A stretch of DNA of 64,000 nt from Bacteroidia bacterium (lineage in GTDB: Bacteria; Bacteroidota; Bacteroidia; M30B66): contig OZ257142.1 of the NCBI GenBank assembly GCA_965279035.1, positions 2,048,001-2,112,000 on the forward strand, in the 5' to 3' direction. A program made the translations under genes and the position numbers. Numbering within the stretch: position 1 is the first letter of the stretch; each line of letters begins with the position of its first letter. The notes beneath the pieces are model-generated. The model ran no database searches. It was not told the origin of the DNA and was given only the letters and a program-made list of their open reading frames with translations. Shown here piece after piece: positions 60,184-64,000 of this stretch.

Positions 60184-60559
60184 CGGGAGTTGGAATTATG
60201 GTAATTAGATAAGTACTTAAATACTCAGAGCGAAACTTCATTTTATACGTTTTGCCATTTCGACCTTTGCCTTGAATTACGTATTCAGGAACTTCTTTAC
60301 CATGAATATCGCTTTGACTGAAAAGTACTTCACCTTCAGAAATTAAAGCCAATACATCTTGATCTGATATTTTATTACAATCGAGTAGGCAACGAGCTTG
60401 GGAAGAAATTTTAATTGGATGTTCTTGCAATGCTTCCATGACACGACCTTCGGGAGTCCAAGCAGGAAAAGTTCGACCACGAAAAAGAAATCCCCAAACA
60501 ACCAAACTTCCTAAAAGAATTCCGAAAATGAATAAACGTAAACGACGACCAAAACTCAT
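60149..60559 (-). CDS. DUF4258-like membrane-anchored protein
   Basis: RRLRLFIFGILLG TM, WTPEGRV, CLLDC, C-terminal CEC; follows the ald-like gene. Confidence 0.6.
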   Translation of the reverse strand: MSFGRRLRLFIFGILLGSLVVWGFLFRGRTFPAWTPEGRVMEALQEHPIKISSQARCLLDCNKISDQDVLALISEGEVLFSQSDIHGKEVPEYVIQGKGRNGKTYKMKFRSEYLSTYLITIIPTPDASASCECNSK

Positions 60560-60598
60560 GAGGTAAATTAATTGAAATCAGTTTGAGTTAATTCTCAA

Positions 60599-61825
60599 TT
60601 AGAATTGAGTTGCAGCTATTAACAAATCAAGGTCTTTATATGGAATGTTATACGTTTCTCCAATGTATTTATGGGTGATGATTCCATTATATATGTAAAC
60701 ACCATTCCGAACACCGGCATTGATTCGCAAATAATTATCAATTCCTCCTTTATCGCCCATATCTAAGAGAATAGGAGTGAAGATATTACTTAAAGCGAGG
60801 GAAGCCGTTTGGGAAACACGTGATGCCACATTCGGAACACAATAATGCGTTACTCCATATTTTTTAAAAACCGGATTTGCATGATTGGTTACCTGAGACG
60901 TTTCGAAACAACCGCCTTGGTCGATCGAAATATCTACGATCACCGAACCGAATTTCATATTACTCACCATTTCGTCAGTAACAACGATGGGCGTTCTTCC
61001 TTCTTTTGCTCGTAAAGCACCAATAACTACATCGGCTGTTGCAAGAGCAGCTTCTAATTGCCGAGGTTCAATAATCGAAGTGAATAGACGTTGACCTAAA
61101 TCGTTTTGAATACGACGAAGACGGTACAAAGAATTATCAAACACTTTCACATGAGCACCTAAACCAATAGCAGCACGTGCAGCAAATTCGCTCACTGTTC
61201 CTGAACCGATTATGACTACTTCGGTTGGAGGAACACCCGAAATGCCACCGAGCATCATTCCTATTCCATGGTTGGTAGTGCTTAAATATTCGGCGGCAAT
61301 AAGTATGGAGGTATTTCCTGCAATTTCGCTCATCGATCGAACAACAGGATAAATCCCCGAACGATCTTTAATGTAATCGAAAGCTAATCCAGTAATTTTT
61401 TTGGAAATGAGATGATTGAAGAAATTTTTCTGCTGAACCGTTAATTGCAGTGCTGAAATTAGCTTCTGCTTTTGGTTCATCATTTCAATTTCATCGAACG
61501 TTGGTGGAGCAACTTTTAAAACGATATCGCATTTATAAACCTGTTCAGGTCCATAGGCTATCGTTGCACCAGCATCACTATAATCTTTGTCCTGATAATT
61601 GGCATTTGCTCCAGCACCACTTTCAACTGTAACCATATGTCCATTGTTTACCAATACTGCAACCGCAGCTGGAACAAGGGAAACGCGTCGTTCTTGGAAA
61701 GAAGTTTCTTTAGGAATTCCAATTTGAAGTTGGCTAGTGCGGCGGCCTACTTCCAACATTTCTTCTTGGGGAAGGAGCACATTGCTTTGAGAAAAACGAA
61801 GCAATGGATTACGATCATCGGTCAT
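60599..61825 (-). CDS. alanine dehydrogenase family protein
   Basis: IGIPKE..ERRVSLVP, VESGAG, MSEIAG, GGISGVPP, DISIDQGGCFETS, HYCVPN; two canonical active-site residues appear altered. Confidence 0.85.
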   Translation of the reverse strand: MTDDRNPLLRFSQSNVLLPQEEMLEVGRRTSQLQIGIPKETSFQERRVSLVPAAVAVLVNNGHMVTVESGAGANANYQDKDYSDAGATIAYGPEQVYKCDIVLKVAPPTFDEIEMMNQKQKLISALQLTVQQKNFFNHLISKKITGLAFDYIKDRSGIYPVVRSMSEIAGNTSILIAAEYLSTTNHGIGMMLGGISGVPPTEVVIIGSGTVSEFAARAAIGLGAHVKVFDNSLYRLRRIQNDLGQRLFTSIIEPRQLEAALATADVVIGALRAKEGRTPIVVTDEMVSNMKFGSVIVDISIDQGGCFETSQVTNHANPVFKKYGVTHYCVPNVASRVSQTASLALSNIFTPILLDMGDKGGIDNYLRINAGVRNGVYIYNGIITHKYIGETYNIPYKDLDLLIAATQF

Positions 61826-61839
61826 ACAGGAGAAATCAA

Positions 61840-62286
61840 TTAATCGCCTAAAGATACATTTCCCGAATGGTTCTGCATATGAATCGTTCGAACTTCTTGC
61901 TCTTCAATAATCTTAATGTCCACATAATTAGTTGGCAAGAGTGATTCAATTTTTTCGGGCCACTCAATAAAACACCATGCACCACTTGAAATATATTCAT
62001 CAAAACCAATTGCTATGGCTTCTTCTACATGTTTAATTCGGTAAAAATCGAAATGATAAATTCGTTCATCATTCGATAAAGCATATTCATTCACAATTCC
62101 GTATGTTGGACTGCTAACCGAATCTAGCGTTCCCAACTCTTTACATATAGTTCGGATAAACGTTGTTTTCCCGCTACCCATTTCACCTCTAAAAGCAAAA
62201 ACACGTTGACTTGAAAAATGACGGAATAAAATAGTTCTTGCTTCTTTTAATTCTTCAAGAGTTTTGCAGATAATAGTAAAGTCCAT
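61840..62286 (-). CDS. tsaE: tRNA threonylcarbamoyladenosine biosynthesis ATPase
   Basis: GEMGSGKTT, VSSPTYGIVNEY, YHFDFYR, IEWPE; TATCTTTG promoter-like element at 62312-62305. Confidence 0.95.
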   Translation of the reverse strand: MDFTIICKTLEELKEARTILFRHFSSQRVFAFRGEMGSGKTTFIRTICKELGTLDSVSSPTYGIVNEYALSNDERIYHFDFYRIKHVEEAIAIGFDEYISSGAWCFIEWPEKIESLLPTNYVDIKIIEEQEVRTIHMQNHSGNVSLGD

Positions 62287-62387
62287 CGTTTACTTTTCGG
62301 AATGCAAAGATACTCGTTGAATGATGGAAATGGAATTGACATTTAAAAGCTACTAGATTTTCGTTGATTTGAATTAAATAATTGGGA

Positions 62388-63059
62388 ATGGAAAGACCAG
62401 CATTTGGGATTTTGTTTGATTGTGATGGAACGCTTACAGATTCATTGGATCAGGCGATGTCGTCCTTTGTTTATGCATTAAGTAAATTAGGAATGGGATA
62501 TATTTCGGAAGCAGAAATTCATCAATTATTTGGGATTTCGGCCGATAAAATATTGCTTCATTTCTGTAAGAATGATCAAGAACAAGGTGCTCGAGCATTT
62601 GAATTGTTTTTATAAAACCAGCAAGAACTTGCGAAGAAAACAAACTTGCATGATGGAATTTCTGAATTAGTAATGAAATTGTTTGACATGAATATTCCTA
62701 TGGGAATTGTTACTGGGAGACATTCGGCAGATTTAGATATTTTACTAGCACCGCATCAACTAAATCAAGCTTTTCAGGTTAAGATTTGCGATAATCAAGT
62801 GTCGAAACCCAAGCCGAATCCGGAGGGTATATTAAAGGCAAGTTCATTTCTCTCTATTCCTCCTTTTAATTTGCTTTATATTGGAGATTCTCCAGTTGAT
62901 ATTCAAGCGGCAACAGCTGCAGGGATGTATTCTGTAGCTGCTATTTGGGATTCGCATACGAACGAATAAGCTTTGCTAGAAAACAATCCAACGTATGTTA
63001 TTTATCATCCAAAAGAAATGATGGATGTATTAGTTGATTTTAAACAAAAAACCGGGTAA
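62388..63059 (+). pseudogene. HAD family hydrolase (phosphoglycolate phosphatase-like) with two in-frame TAA stops
   Basis: FDCDGTLTDS, IVTGR, KPKPNPEG, YIGDSPVDIQAA all in one frame; TAA at 62613-62615 and 62967-62969; natural end TAA 63057-63059. Confidence 0.85.
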
Positions 63060-63100
63060 TACTTCGAAAGTAAAACCGGGTTTTAATTTTTTTTTACATC

Positions 63101-64000
63101 CTATTTTGTACTCAATGTTATAAAAGGTATGAGCATTTCTTCAAGTGAAATTCCTCCATGTTGGAAGGTATTTCGATAGTAATTCACGAAGTAATTATAG
63201 TTGTTCGGATAGGCAAAGAACATATCCTCTTTGGCAAATACAAATGCGGTACTCACATGTTGACGTGGTAAAAATATGTCAAGTGGATTCTTTACTTCAT
63301 ACACATCCTTCTTTTCGTAATTCAAGTTTTTACCTTGTTTGTAACGAAGGTTTGTGTTCGTATTGCGATCACCAATGATTTTACTTGGATTGGTTACTCG
63401 TATTGTACCATGATCGGTTGTAAGAATGAGTCGCGCTTTTTTATCAGCAATTTGGCGAAGAATATCGAGTAGGGGAGAATGTTCTAACCAAGAAACGGTA
63501 ATGGAGCGATAGGCTTTTTCATCATCTGCCAATTCTCGAATAACTTCCATTTCGGTTCGAGCATGAGAGAGCATGTCCACGAAATTGTAAACAATCGCAT
63601 TGAATTTATTCCCCATCAAATTCGGAATATTTTCTGCTAATTTTTTACCTGCTTGGTTGTTGGTGACTTTGGTATAAGAAGTTTTGATGTCTTTTCCCAA
63701 ACGCTTGAGTTGCTCATTCATGAAGAATTCCTCATGCAAATTTTTTCCTCCTTCATCTTCATCATTCAACCAATGATTCGGATAACGTTTTTCAATTTCA
63801 GACGGCATCAATCCAGCAAACATGGCATTTCGAGCATATTGAGTTGCCGTTGGCAAAATGGCACAGAACATTTCTTCAGTATCCACTTTAAAGTATTCTT
63901 GAAGAATCGGTTGCATCACTTTCCACTGGTCATATCGCATATTATCGATCAACACGAAAAAGGTACTCTCGTTTTTATCAATTTCAGGGACAACGCGTTG
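63101..64000 (-). CDS. porX: C-terminal PglZ domain of the T9SS response regulator PorX (5' part outside the window)
   Basis: IDNMRYDQW, ILPTATQYARNAMF, VYNFVDMLSHA, TTDHG, TNLRYKQGKNL, TFQHGGISLEEM; neighbour of tsaE. Confidence 0.9.
   Translation of the reverse strand, partial: QRVVPEIDKNESTFFVLIDNMRYDQWKVMQPILQEYFKVDTEEMFCAILPTATQYARNAMFAGLMPSEIEKRYPNHWLNDEDEGGKNLHEEFFMNEQLKRLGKDIKTSYTKVTNNQAGKKLAENIPNLMGNKFNAIVYNFVDMLSHARTEMEVIRELADDEKAYRSITVSWLEHSPLLDILRQIADKKARLILTTDHGTIRVTNPSKIIGDRNTNTNLRYKQGKNLNYEKKDVYEVKNPLDIFLPRQHVSTAFVFAKEDMFFAYPNNYNYFVNYYRNTFQHGGISLEEMLIPFITLSTK

Noticed and set aside
62388-63059. TAA stop-codon reassignment suggested by in-frame TAAs in the HAD and GIY-YIG genes
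   Set aside because: TAA correctly terminates many conserved genes here (carB, pdhA, pdhC, folC, porU), so nonsense mutation is the simpler explanation.

Overview
AT-rich chromosomal segment of a Bacteroidota bacterium, inferred from TAnnTTTG promoters and T9SS/gliding genes. It is mostly housekeeping and envelope genes: a MacAB/TolC-type efflux operon, carB, scattered glycan genes, nadC, rlmH, folC, TonB-ExbBD, murF, gldJ/porP/porU/porV/porX, ispF, cdd, pdhA/pdhC and tsaE. The unusual parts are absent from, or misread by, the ORF track. (1) A mini-island downstream of tRNA-Val(TAC) carries a small GIY-YIG nuclease gene whose 3' end runs into a tRNA-Val look-alike with the anticodon arm replaced by another hairpin. 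A second, decayed copy of this unit lies 2.66 kb away, and the two copies bracket a cargo gene split by an IS4 element with a 9-bp target duplication. (2) A tandem array of about 2.7 structured ~250-265 bp non-coding repeats lies at 26.2-26.9 kb. (3) An ORF6N gene has a 27-bp coding palindrome that is repeated in its upstream region. (4) A HAD hydrolase gene broken by two in-frame TAA codons sits between porX and tsaE. All calls come from reading the sequence by eye; no database searches were run.
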